From a bacterium (GTDB lineage: Bacteria > UBA8248), in assembly GCA_965200245.1 (NCBI GenBank), contig CBDATS010000004.1, positions 858,949-922,948 on the forward strand: a DNA stretch of 64,000 bases. Direction: 5' to 3'. Shown here in pieces: positions 1-9,308 of this stretch (positions within the stretch are counted from its first letter, which is position 1; every line of letters starts with the position of its first letter). Both the position numbers and the translations under genes were made by a program. A model generated the notes under the pieces. That model saw nothing but the letters and a program-made list of their open reading frames with translations, was not told the origin of the DNA and did no database searches.

Positions 1-255
1 GGGCGCGGATTCCCATCCGAAGACGCCAGGAACGGCATCATTCGCATCGGCGGGGCCATGCGTCTGCCGGCAGCGACTCCTGGGCTCGCCAGGCGGTACA
101 TGTTCCCGGGCGAACTGCTCAACACGGAGAAAGCCTACTGCCTAGGCTTCGTGGTGAAAATCACCAAGAACGGAGAACCCCTCTACACCACTAACTGCCA
201 AGGCGAACCGGATTATCGAGTGCTCGCCCATGTCGGGGCAGCACGCCAAGGATGA
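1..255 (+). CDS. 3-prime end of an ORF entering from upstream; weak crotonase-fold-like tail
   Basis: Frame 1 is open from base 1 to TGA 253-255. The tail LARRYMFPGELLNTEKAYCLGFVVKI loosely resembles the A-x-x-x-x-TG-x-x-x-x-A-x-EA-x-x-x-GLV helix of enoyl-CoA hydratases. Weak. Confidence 0.3.
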   Translation, partial: GRGFPSEDARNGIIRIGGAMRLPAATPGLARRYMFPGELLNTEKAYCLGFVVKITKNGEPLYTTNCQGEPDYRVLAHVGAARQG

Positions 256-507
256 GACCGCCGTAGCCGCCAACGTATCGATGTACGAAGGCTATCGCCT
301 CTGCATATCCATCATGAACCGCTTCTACCAGCCCGAAGATCATCGGGGAGACAAGAACACGTTCATGAGATGTCGAAAACCCGCCCAGAAAAATGTTGAG
401 CGAGAATTGTCGAGAAGAGGGAAAACCACATGCTCTCCCGTACGGGTTGCGGAACACCCCGGTATGAAGGATAAGCCTTATCGGCCATCCCGATCCGAGG
501 AGCGCGC

Positions 508-1743
508 ATGGATTCTTCCACAAGCAAGGGCGAGACCGGCATCCGGGAAGGCTGGCCGATCATCCTCGCATGTTTCCTTACCATATTCACCGCCTACACC
601 ACGACTTTCATCCTAGGGCCGATGCTCGACGTTATGGGACGCGACCTGGACCTCTCTCTGTCGGCCATGGGGCAGTTGGCGGCCATCATCTTCATCCCCT
701 GGGGGGTGGGCGCGCCCCTTCTCGCTCCCATTTCCGACCGCTACGGCAGAAGGCCGGTCATCCTCGTCGGGCTGTTGGGTCTTTCACTCACCAACATCGC
801 CATTTCTTTCGCGGAGGGCTATCTCGCGGTGGCTATCCTGCGTTTCATCGCGGGCTTGAGCGGCGCGCTCGTGCCGCCCACGGCGGTGGCCGCCATAGGA
901 GACAATTTCACGGGCCGCACGCGCGGCCTCGCCATCGGATTCTCAACGGCGGGCGTGGCCATGGGACTGCTCCTCGGAGTCCCGAGCGTCGCCTTTCTGA
1001 CGGATCACTTCGGCTGGCGCAACGCTTTATGGATTTTCGGCGCTTTCGGACTGGCACTTTGCCCCTATGCATTCCGTTCACTATCCCCGCAATCGCGTCT
1101 TGATGCGCCCTCCTCCTATCTGGCGAGCTTCGCCTGGATGCGACAAGGCGCTTCATGGCTCCTGCTAAGCGGCAACGTCACCGAGCGGCTCATGACGTCC
1201 ACGTTTCTGACCTATGTATCCGTCTTTCTGATACGCACTTACGATATTTCCCTGTCCTCCGCAGGAAGCCTGCTCACGGCGATGTCCGTGGGCGGACTCA
1301 TCGGCGGTCTGCTGGGCGGCACGCTTGCGGGTGTAAACCGCCGCTTCCTCATCATCACCGCCCTGGTTCTGCTCCAGGGAGAGTTGCTGGCGTTTCATTT
1401 CTCGGGGTTTGGTTTACTGATACTTACTATCACGGCGGGCTTTCTATTCTCGTTCTTCAGTCAACTCAGCAGGCCCGCCGTAATGGATAACCTTATTTCG
1501 ATCGCCCCGCTGGCGCGGGGTGCTATCATCGGCTTCTATTCGACGAGCAACCAGGTCGGCCTCTTCCTGGGAGCTTTCCTGGGGAGCTTCGCCATACAGT
1601 GGGGCGGTTTCGAGGTGCTCGGCTGGCTCGCCATGTGCGCCGCTGTTCTGGGCGGGTGCTTCTACGGAGCGAGCGCGTGGATGTTTCGGAGCGAGGGTAT
1701 CAGGGGCGGTTCGAGAACCAACCGTACAAAAGCAAAACCATGA
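508..1743 (+). CDS. MFS transporter
   Basis: 411-aa ORF with many hydrophobic helices. MFS loop motif DRYGRRP lies after the second helix pair. TGA stop. Confidence 0.85.
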   Translation: MDSSTSKGETGIREGWPIILACFLTIFTAYTTTFILGPMLDVMGRDLDLSLSAMGQLAAIIFIPWGVGAPLLAPISDRYGRRPVILVGLLGLSLTNIAISFAEGYLAVAILRFIAGLSGALVPPTAVAAIGDNFTGRTRGLAIGFSTAGVAMGLLLGVPSVAFLTDHFGWRNALWIFGAFGLALCPYAFRSLSPQSRLDAPSSYLASFAWMRQGASWLLLSGNVTERLMTSTFLTYVSVFLIRTYDISLSSAGSLLTAMSVGGLIGGLLGGTLAGVNRRFLIITALVLLQGELLAFHFSGFGLLILTITAGFLFSFFSQLSRPAVMDNLISIAPLARGAIIGFYSTSNQVGLFLGAFLGSFAIQWGGFEVLGWLAMCAAVLGGCFYGASAWMFRSEGIRGGSRTNRTKAKP

Positions 1744-1751
1744 GCGCAAAC

Positions 1752-1792
1752 AAGAAAAAACACCGCGGGGACAGGCCGCGGTGCCTGTCCCC
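1752..1792 (-). terminator. Rho-independent terminator between convergent genes; also a member of the REP-like family
   Basis: Perfect 10-bp stem GGGGACAGGC (1767-1776) / GCCTGTCCCC (1783-1792). On the minus strand it is followed by GCGGTG-TTTTTTCTTG. It lies 60 nt past the stop of the minus-strand ThDP-enzyme gene. Confidence 0.6.
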
Positions 1793-1852
1793 GAAAGGAC
1801 AACCACGGAGGTTCAAGGCAATCCCGACCGGGGAAAATGAACCGACCGACCC

Positions 1853-3517
1853 TTATTTCTTCACCGCGTCCTTGCGCCTGGGTTCAGGAAAGACATCCTG
1901 ATCGATGATCACGTCCACCACGGTGGGACCCTCTTCTTTTAGCGCCTGGGCGTAGACATCCTCGAGGTCCTCGGGCTCTTCCACCCGGTAACCCGCTGCG
2001 CCGAAAACGCGCGCGTATTCGTCGAATCTGGGGTTCCCGATGGCATCGGCGATGTAGCGCCCGTCGTAGAAATGTTTCTGATATGCGCGCTCGGATCCCA
2101 GGTTGAAATTGTTCAGGATGACGCAGACGGTAGGCAGGTTCTCGCGCATCGCCGTCTCGAGTTCCGCCCCGTTGCACAGGAAAGCGCCATCGCCGCTGAT
2201 GGTAACGACCTTTTGGTGCGGGCGCGCAAGCTTGGCACCCAGTCCCAGCGGATAGCCGATACCGATGGCCGCGAGATCCTGCGGGGCCACGAAGTTCCTG
2301 GCTTTGTCGAACCTCTGGTACTCATACACGTAACCCGCCGCGCTGCCCGCATCGTTCGTGATGATGGAGTTCTCGGGCAGGACTTTCGCGAGAGCCATCT
2401 GCGCGCGACGGGGGTCAATGGGTTTTCCACCGTACTCGAGCGCACGCTCGCGGTGTCTTTCCTGCGCTTCACGCACCGCAGCGGCCTCCGCACGCCATGC
2501 GGTTCGTGGCGACTTCTCGCCCACTGCGGCGAGCACGGCCCGTAGTGCAGGGCCTGCATCAGCGTTCATACCCACCGCGGTGGCAAAGTTACGTCCTATA
2601 TTCCCGGGATCTACCGCTGCGTGAATGAGCTTCGCGTTCCCGAAGAAATCTGCTCGCAGGAACGTAGTCGAATGCGCGAGTCTGGTGCCGACGGCGAACA
2701 CGACATCCGCATTCTCGAAAAGCGTGCGCGCCTCGGGCAGCGTTCCGCGCCCAATCGAACCCAGAAAAAGTGGATTCCCGTTCGGTACGATGTCGTCCCT
2801 GCCCGTGGAGGTCATGGTGGGCGCGTCGAGTGCCTCCGCCAGCGCGATCAAATCCTCGCTTGCCTCGTCCCAGAGTACACCGCCGCCTCCGATGAGCAAC
2901 GGTCTCTCGGCGGAAGTGAGCAACGCCGCCGCCTTTGAAACCGCCTCGGGATCAGGGACGAGCCGCACCAGGTCCGTATGCGAGGGAACACCGTTGTCCG
3001 AATACTCCGCCGTCTCGTTCAGCACGTCGCGCGGCAAATCGACATGCACGGGACCGGGCACACCCGACATCGCCACGTGACAGGCCTCGTTGATGACGTC
3101 CGCCGCGCGCTCTGGCCGCCTCACCTGCACCGACCACTTCACCATCGGGGCGAACATGGCAATCTGGTCGAGTTCCTGGGTGGACTCTCGGAAGGTATCC
3201 TTCATCATGGGAGCGCCGGTGATGACCAGCACCGGGCTTTGCGCCATCATCGAGTGCGCCACGCCGGTGACAAGGTTCGTGGCACCCGGGCCGTTTGTCG
3301 CCATGCAAACGCCCACTTCCCCCGTGAGCCGGGCGTAGGCGTCCGCCATAAGGGCGGCGCTTTGCTCGTGGCGCACGGTGAGGAAGGATATATCCTCACG
3401 CCCGTACATGCCGTCCAGTATCTCGATCATGCACGAACCCGCCATGCCGATTACGTGCCTCACCCCCAGTTTCGCCAGCGCATCCGCCACCGCATGTCCA
3501 GCCGTCATGCTCACCAT
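1853..3517 (-). CDS. Thiamine-diphosphate-dependent enzyme (acetolactate-synthase-like family)
   Basis: ThDP/Mg motif GDG-x24-NN (ISGDGAFLCNGAELETAMRENLPTVCVILNNFN). N-terminal pyrimidine-binding region (HEQSAALMADAYARLTG..NGPGATN). Start placed at MVSMTAGH. Confidence 0.9.
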   Translation of the reverse strand: MVSMTAGHAVADALAKLGVRHVIGMAGSCMIEILDGMYGREDISFLTVRHEQSAALMADAYARLTGEVGVCMATNGPGATNLVTGVAHSMMAQSPVLVITGAPMMKDTFRESTQELDQIAMFAPMVKWSVQVRRPERAADVINEACHVAMSGVPGPVHVDLPRDVLNETAEYSDNGVPSHTDLVRLVPDPEAVSKAAALLTSAERPLLIGGGGVLWDEASEDLIALAEALDAPTMTSTGRDDIVPNGNPLFLGSIGRGTLPEARTLFENADVVFAVGTRLAHSTTFLRADFFGNAKLIHAAVDPGNIGRNFATAVGMNADAGPALRAVLAAVGEKSPRTAWRAEAAAVREAQERHRERALEYGGKPIDPRRAQMALAKVLPENSIITNDAGSAAGYVYEYQRFDKARNFVAPQDLAAIGIGYPLGLGAKLARPHQKVVTISGDGAFLCNGAELETAMRENLPTVCVILNNFNLGSERAYQKHFYDGRYIADAIGNPRFDEYARVFGAAGYRVEEPEDLEDVYAQALKEEGPTVVDVIIDQDVFPEPRRKDAVKK

Positions 3518-3638
3518 CAATCCTCTCTCCCGGGAAAACAAACAATACCGACGAGCGCGCTCCGCCACGTTTTGATTTTACCTGAAATCTTGTCCGTCGA
3601 GATTAGGCTCGCCGGCATGATTCGTCAAAGGCCTGCGG

Positions 3639-4367
3639 CTATCCGACGTTTCCTTTTGCGTGGATGGCGTTGGCTATCAGGTTCACCGCGTGGTCCGCGT
3701 TTGCCTCGGGCCTCGCCGTCTCGGCGAAGCGATAAAAACTCTTTGTCGGCCTAAGCGAATCACCGCCCAGAGCAACCAGTTCCGCGCAGAGGCGTTCGGC
3801 TTCCCCATCGAGTTCCACATCCGCCAGAACGTGGTTCACCATCCCGATGCGCCTGCCCTCTTCGGCATCGATCTCACGCCCCGTGATGACCATTTCGAAT
3901 CCATGACGTCTGTCCAGCTTTCTCGCAAGATGGCTGATGACCACCGTGGGCGGAAAGCCCTCCCTGATCTCGGGGAAGGCAATCCGCGCGGTATCGGAAG
4001 CCAGCACCAGGTCTGCGCGGCTGATCAGCCCCGCCCCCGGCCCGTAGGCCCGACCCCGAAGCGCCGCCACCGTCACTGCGGGGGAGAACTCCAGGGCGTC
4101 GTTCATCTTCACGATCCGGCGGAAGCGCTCTCTTATCACGTTCACGGGCGGTAGTTGCGCGCCGCCACGCACGCTTTCTCTCCCTGCACAAAAATCCGCG
4201 CCTTCTCCGCTCAAGAGGATGACGTCACATTCCTCTCCGGCCCGAAGCAGGGTATCGGTGAGTTCTTCCATCATCTCGAACGTGAGGCGGTTCGCCTCCG
4301 AAGCGCGAGCAAGCGTGACACGGCCCAGAACGTTTTCCTTCTCATACCGAACAGACGGCATCATCAT
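3639..4367 (-). CDS. Enoyl-CoA hydratase/isomerase (crotonase) family protein
   Basis: Crotonase oxyanion-hole region LSGEGADFCAGRE. Length about 240 aa. Triple ATG at 4367-4359 lies directly after GGGGAGGAG, so the third ATG (4361) is an equally good start. Confidence 0.85.
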   Translation of the reverse strand: MMMPSVRYEKENVLGRVTLARASEANRLTFEMMEELTDTLLRAGEECDVILLSGEGADFCAGRESVRGGAQLPPVNVIRERFRRIVKMNDALEFSPAVTVAALRGRAYGPGAGLISRADLVLASDTARIAFPEIREGFPPTVVISHLARKLDRRHGFEMVITGREIDAEEGRRIGMVNHVLADVELDGEAERLCAELVALGGDSLRPTKSFYRFAETARPEANADHAVNLIANAIHAKGNVG

Positions 4368-4552
4368 CTCCTCCCCGGAACAAAACCGGACTTGTCCTGA
4401 AACCTTCCCGTTCATCCTGAAATTTCCGGGATTTTCACCCGAAATCTTCCCTAAAAGTAAAAACGAAAAAACACTTGCAAAATTATTCGTTATTTGTTTG
4501 CATAGAAGATGCATTATTTTCGCAGAACGTGCGTTGCAAGGACACAATTGCC

Positions 4553-5938
4553 ATGAGTACCGCTGTTCCGCTTCGAATCTTACGTCAAAACGAGACCATA
4601 TTCGAGGCTCGCGTGGAAAATATTGCCACGGGTGGGGCGGGCGTCACCCGTCTGGACGGCCGCGCCGTATTCATTCCCAAAACAGCTCCCGGAGACAGGG
4701 TACGCTTTCGCATCGCCAAGGAGAAGGGAAAATACCTGCTCGGCGAACTCGTGAAAATCATCCAGGCGGGGCCTGATCGAACGACGCCCCCGTGCGTGCA
4801 CTGGGGCGACTGCGGGGGATGCAACCTGCAGCACATCTCGCTCCCGGCGCAGCTCGAGGCCAGGAAACGGGTTTTTCTCGACACCCTGGGCCGCATCGGC
4901 AAGATTGACCTGGGTGTCCCGGCGCAAACCGTCACGCTTCCCGGAAACGAGAACCGCTACCGCATGCGCGCGCGCTTTCAGGTGCGGGGCTCCGAGACAG
5001 GCTTTTTCGCCACTGGTGCACGACGTCTGGTCGGCGTAGAGGATTGCCTGCTGGTGGAGCCCTCTATCGCGTCCGCGCTCGGCCAGATCAGGCATCTGCT
5101 TCAGGCGGAACCCAAAGCGAGAAAAATAGAAGCCGTGGAGATGACCTCCCTGGGAACGGAGAAGGGAGCGTGCGTTGGCCTCTATCTCCACCCGGTGGGC
5201 TACCGGGATCGCGGAAACCTGAAAATCGAACGCACGACCCTGTCCGCCTGGAAAAAATTCGCCGGGGAGAACCATTTTCCACTGGCTGCTGTCGGCATTC
5301 GATCGCCCGACGAACCGACCCGGTGGCTGGCGCAATACCGGCCCGACGTGGAGCGCCCGGACGTATGCCTGGGCGTATCACCCGAGTCCTTCATCCAGCC
5401 CAACCGCGCGCTCAACCGGCTGCTGGTCAAATACCTCCTCAGGGAATGCGGGCTGAATCATGAAAGGATCGTTCTGGACCTCTTCTGCGGGGTGGGAAAT
5501 TTTTCCTTCCCCCTGGCGTTGAGGGCAGGACGCGTCCTGGGGGTCGAGGAAAACCCCTACGCCATCGCCGACGCCCGGCGCAACAGGGAGGAAAACGAGG
5601 TCGACAATGCGGACTTTTTCCGCCGTCCCGCACAAAAACTGACGAAAGAAGAGGTCGCCTCGAAACTCGGGGGACACACGCCCGATGTCGTCGTGCTCGA
5701 CCCGCTCAGAAAGGGCGCGCTCGACGTCATGCCCCTGATCGCGGCGCTTGCGCCCGAGCGTGTCGTCTATGTCTCGTGCAATCCGGCCACCTTTGCACGC
5801 GACGCATGCGACCTCATGGCCCGCGGCTATCGCGCCCGCGCCGCTTACGTATTCGATATGTTCCCCCATACCGCCCATCTGGAAATGCTCACATCGTGGA
5901 TCCGGAAGGAAGCTTCCGGTCCAACCCAACGATTCTGA
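4553..5938 (+). CDS. RNA (uracil-C5)-methyltransferase, RlmD/RumA-like
   Basis: TRAM-like N-terminus. Fe-S Cys cluster CVHWGDCGGCNLQH. SAM motif LDLFCGVGNFS. Catalytic Cys region VYVSCNPATFARD. Confidence 0.85.
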   Translation: MSTAVPLRILRQNETIFEARVENIATGGAGVTRLDGRAVFIPKTAPGDRVRFRIAKEKGKYLLGELVKIIQAGPDRTTPPCVHWGDCGGCNLQHISLPAQLEARKRVFLDTLGRIGKIDLGVPAQTVTLPGNENRYRMRARFQVRGSETGFFATGARRLVGVEDCLLVEPSIASALGQIRHLLQAEPKARKIEAVEMTSLGTEKGACVGLYLHPVGYRDRGNLKIERTTLSAWKKFAGENHFPLAAVGIRSPDEPTRWLAQYRPDVERPDVCLGVSPESFIQPNRALNRLLVKYLLRECGLNHERIVLDLFCGVGNFSFPLALRAGRVLGVEENPYAIADARRNREENEVDNADFFRRPAQKLTKEEVASKLGGHTPDVVVLDPLRKGALDVMPLIAALAPERVVYVSCNPATFARDACDLMARGYRARAAYVFDMFPHTAHLEMLTSWIRKEASGPTQRF

Positions 5939-5952
5939 TAGGGAGGCAACCC

Positions 5953-6570
5953 ATGTTCCTCACACGCAGACAGCGAGAAATTTACGAGTTCATCAAGAAG
6001 TTCATCGGGGCGAACGGCTACGCCCCCTCTATTGTGGAGATCGGCAAGCACTTTCGTCTCACCTCGCCCGCAACGGTGCACAAGCACCTGCAGAACATCG
6101 CGGAAAAAGGCCTCATCAAGAGAAGCTGGAATAAAAGCCGGGCCATCGAACTCGTCCCCGGTACGGATACCCTCAAGGTAAGTGCCGAACCCGCGCGGGT
6201 AGAACTTCCCCTGCGCGGCATGATCGCGGCGGGCATGCCGCTTGAGGCGATCGAGGACACCGAAACGATACCCCTTCCCTGGTCGTCGGGGGACGATAAC
6301 CTCTACGTCCTGAAAGTCAAGGGAGATTCGATGATCGAGGATCACATCCAGGACGGGGACTACGTGATCGTGGAGAGCCGGAACAACGCGCTGAACGGCG
6401 AAACCGTGGTCGCGCTCGTCAATGGAGAATCCGCCACGCTCAAGCGCTTCTACCGAGAGGGCGCGCAAATCAGACTCCAGCCCGCCAACGAGACGATGGC
6501 GCCCATTATGGTGAGGGAAGAGGACTTGCTTATCCAGGGCGTCGTCGTGGGCGTACTCAGGAAGTATTGA
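5953..6570 (+). CDS. lexA: LexA SOS repressor
   Basis: Winged-helix N-terminus (LTRRQREIYEFIKKFI). Ala-Gly cleavage region GMIAAGMP. S24 peptidase Ser (KGDSM) and Lys (ATLKRF). GGGAGG lies 7 nt upstream of ATG 5953. Confidence 0.95.
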   Translation: MFLTRRQREIYEFIKKFIGANGYAPSIVEIGKHFRLTSPATVHKHLQNIAEKGLIKRSWNKSRAIELVPGTDTLKVSAEPARVELPLRGMIAAGMPLEAIEDTETIPLPWSSGDDNLYVLKVKGDSMIEDHIQDGDYVIVESRNNALNGETVVALVNGESATLKRFYREGAQIRLQPANETMAPIMVREEDLLIQGVVVGVLRKY

Positions 6571-6587
6571 CGCCGCCGGGAGATAGC

Positions 6588-7805
6588 ATGACGAGACGCC
6601 ACGAAGAGCCGGGGTCGCCGCGCGGGGACAGGCTCATCGCGCACGTCGACATGGACGCCTTTTACGTGTCCGTGGAACGCATGGACCGGCCCGACCTCGA
6701 GGGCAAGCCCGTCGTCGTCGTCGGCAGTGTGGGACCGCGCGGTGTGGTTTCCGCTGCCTCTTATGAGGCCAGGGCTTTCGGAGTCCACTCGGCCATGCCC
6801 ATGGCACGAGCCCGTGCGCTGTGCCCGCACGCCGTCTACATCGAAGCGAACCACAAAAAATACGGCGAAGCATCCGGGAGGGTGATGAAGGTACTCGGTG
6901 ACTTCACTCCCGCTGTGCAGGTCGTCTCGGTGGATGAGGCCTATCTCGACTTGAGCGGAACCGGGCGACTTCACGGCTCCCCGTTCCAGACGGCGGCGAG
7001 GATCCGCGAAGCGGTATTGCGCGAGACGAACTGTTCGGCTTCCATCGGGCTGGCATCGAGCCGACTGGTGTCCAAAATCGCGTCCGCACTGTCCAAACCC
7101 GCAGGGTTGCTACACGTCTACCCCGGCGGGGAGGAAGCCTTTCTGCGTCCTCTTCGGGTGAGCAGAATCCCCGGCGTAGGCAAGGTAATGGTCGAAAAAC
7201 TGAACCGTCTGGGCATCTCGACCATCGGTGATCTCTGCAATCAATCACTGCCCTTCCTGGAGACGCAGTTCAAGAACCTGGGGCCCGAACTTTACCAAAA
7301 GGCGCGCGGATTGGACGATACCGAACTCGTTCTCGAAAACCAGCCAAAGAGTATCGGCAAGGAGACTACCTTCGCAGAGGACATCGAAGAGTTCTCGAAG
7401 CTTGAGGCCATACTCACGGGCCTGGCCGAGGAGGCAAGCGCGCGCGTGCGTCGCCAGGGCCTGAGCGCGAGGCACATTATCCTCAAAATCCGGTTTTTCG
7501 ATTTCACGACGCTCACGCGCTCGTTCACGCTCGATGCGCCCACCCGGTTGGATAAGGAAATTATCGATCCCGCGCTCGATCTCTTGCGGCGCACCTGCGC
7601 GAAAGAAGGCCGGAACCGGAAATTCCGTCTGCTGGGGGTCTACCTCTCGGGATTGGACGCGGCCCCTGCGCAACCACTTCTGTTCGAGGATCAAAACCGG
7701 GAAAAAGAAGAGCGCCTTGTCGAGAGTCTTGATGCGATTCGCGAGCGCTTCGGGCACGAGTCCGTATTCTCGCGAAAGAGCGTGGAGAGAATCAAAAAGC
7801 CCTAA
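6588..7805 (+). CDS. dinB: DNA polymerase IV (Y-family)
   Basis: Motifs HVDMDAFYVSVE and SVDEAYLD, about 400 aa. Lies immediately downstream of lexA. An alternative TTG at 6567 overlaps the lexA stop. Confidence 0.95.
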   Translation: MTRRHEEPGSPRGDRLIAHVDMDAFYVSVERMDRPDLEGKPVVVVGSVGPRGVVSAASYEARAFGVHSAMPMARARALCPHAVYIEANHKKYGEASGRVMKVLGDFTPAVQVVSVDEAYLDLSGTGRLHGSPFQTAARIREAVLRETNCSASIGLASSRLVSKIASALSKPAGLLHVYPGGEEAFLRPLRVSRIPGVGKVMVEKLNRLGISTIGDLCNQSLPFLETQFKNLGPELYQKARGLDDTELVLENQPKSIGKETTFAEDIEEFSKLEAILTGLAEEASARVRRQGLSARHIILKIRFFDFTTLTRSFTLDAPTRLDKEIIDPALDLLRRTCAKEGRNRKFRLLGVYLSGLDAAPAQPLLFEDQNREKEERLVESLDAIRERFGHESVFSRKSVERIKKP

Positions 7806-8716
7806 AGACGGATCAGGATCAGTATTGTCCCCACCACCGTCATTGCCGCACCCAAGGCGAGCCTGACGGTGATGTTCTCGCTCTCCCTCAAGAACAAGTG
7901 CGACCCCAGGATCACCAGGAGCGGCTGAACCGACGTGATGGAGGTGACGCCCACAGCGTAGGTGCGCGCCATCGCGTTGCTGAACGAGGGCACGGCTATC
8001 GTCTGGCAGACGGCGGCCAGGAACATCCATTTCCAGCTTGCCCGGGGGATTTTCTCCGCCGTCTCCCTTTGAGCGAAACCTACCGCCAGCACCCAGGCGA
8101 AGCCAATTCCAATCCAGATGAGCAGCGCCGAGGCGGCCAGTGCATTCATGTCGAGCGTGATGGTCCTCACCATCACGCCCGACACACTCCAGTTCAGTGT
8201 GGTCAGGCCTGCCGAGATGTAGCCCTTCACGACGTCCTTGCGTGTGTGGCCCATCTCCAGGTTCGGCTGCGGTGGGGCGGAGCGCACCACCATGGTGAGA
8301 CCGGCAATGAGGCAACCCAGTCCCAGGATGATGAGCACCGTGAACGGTTCGCCCAGGAATATGGTCGCCAGAAGAGCGGTGACGGCGGGCGTGCTCGCCG
8401 CGATGGGAATGGTGCGGCTCGGCCCGATACGCCGGATGGCGTAGTAGTAGGTGAGCCGCGATATGGTGATCATGAAAAAACCGGCAATCGGCAACAAAAC
8501 CCAGGTTCTCGTCAAGGTGGGTTCAAAGGCCGATGACGGCAGGGTGAAGAAAACCAGCGCGGCTACGAACACTCCGTTCAGCGTCGACATGGCCGCTGTC
8601 GTCCTCAACAACGGCGCGTTCTTCATCGCCAGGCGCACGAAAAAAGAGAGACTCGTCCAGCTCAGGAGCGCCGAGGTGGCGAACAGCAAGCCCACGACAT
8701 GGGTAGATAGGTTCAT
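7802..8716 (-). CDS. EamA/DMT-family transporter
   Basis: 304 aa, about 10 hydrophobic helices in two repeats. Its stop overlaps the dinB stop (convergent). Confidence 0.85.
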   Translation of the reverse strand: MNLSTHVVGLLFATSALLSWTSLSFFVRLAMKNAPLLRTTAAMSTLNGVFVAALVFFTLPSSAFEPTLTRTWVLLPIAGFFMITISRLTYYYAIRRIGPSRTIPIAASTPAVTALLATIFLGEPFTVLIILGLGCLIAGLTMVVRSAPPQPNLEMGHTRKDVVKGYISAGLTTLNWSVSGVMVRTITLDMNALAASALLIWIGIGFAWVLAVGFAQRETAEKIPRASWKWMFLAAVCQTIAVPSFSNAMARTYAVGVTSITSVQPLLVILGSHLFLRESENITVRLALGAAMTVVGTILILIRL

Positions 8717-8756
8717 AACCGCTTTCTGTCGTTCGTGAAGACTGTCCGAATGGCCG

Positions 8757-9215
8757 CTATTCGGGCCGCTTGAGCGTCCAGTTGTCCGTGATGCGCGTCG
8801 CCGTGCTCATGAACAGATACAGGATGCAGCCCGCGCGAAACTTCTCTTTCACTTCTTCAAGCTGCTCGGCAGAACCGGACGACGTTACCTCTATATCCAA
8901 CTCCACGCCGGTGACGCCTCCGTTCTCCGCGCCCGGGTCGCCGGGCGCGAAACGATCCATGGTGAGCTTTCCCTCGATTGCGCAGTCATCAAGCGGCATG
9001 CCGACTTCTCTCGCGAACAACTCGACGTGTGCGGCACCGCAGCCTGTCAGCGCGCCGAGCATGTATTCGGCGGGGGTGGGATGTTCGAACAGACCGCCGC
9101 GTTCCACGGGCTCATCGCTCGAAAACTCCGGGCAATCGCGCGTCTCGATCCGCGCGCGCATATTCCCCATCCACTGCGCGTTCGCTACCCGGGTAATGGT
9201 GCTTCGCTCGTCCAT
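8757..9215 (-). CDS. OsmC-family protein
   Basis: About 150 aa with OsmC-like pattern (LGALTGCGAAHVELFAREVG ... GCILYL). Start at MDERSTITRV behind GAAGAGGA. Confidence 0.75.
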   Translation of the reverse strand: MDERSTITRVANAQWMGNMRARIETRDCPEFSSDEPVERGGLFEHPTPAEYMLGALTGCGAAHVELFAREVGMPLDDCAIEGKLTMDRFAPGDPGAENGGVTGVELDIEVTSSGSAEQLEEVKEKFRAGCILYLFMSTATRITDNWTLKRPE

Positions 9216-9308
9216 GTCGACGTCCTCTTCTTTCCAGGAAGATTCCGCAGGTAGCCTACTACATCGCTCCCCCGGCACGCCATGCATCCAGGGCGCGCGG
9301 GAAAACCC

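Noticed and set aside
230-616. Small overlapping ORFs (230-616 plus, 191-523 minus, 363-590 minus) upstream of the first MFS gene.
   Set aside because: They overlap one another, have no RBS or motifs, and their composition is typical of random frames. The region is more likely the promoter/leader of the MFS gene.
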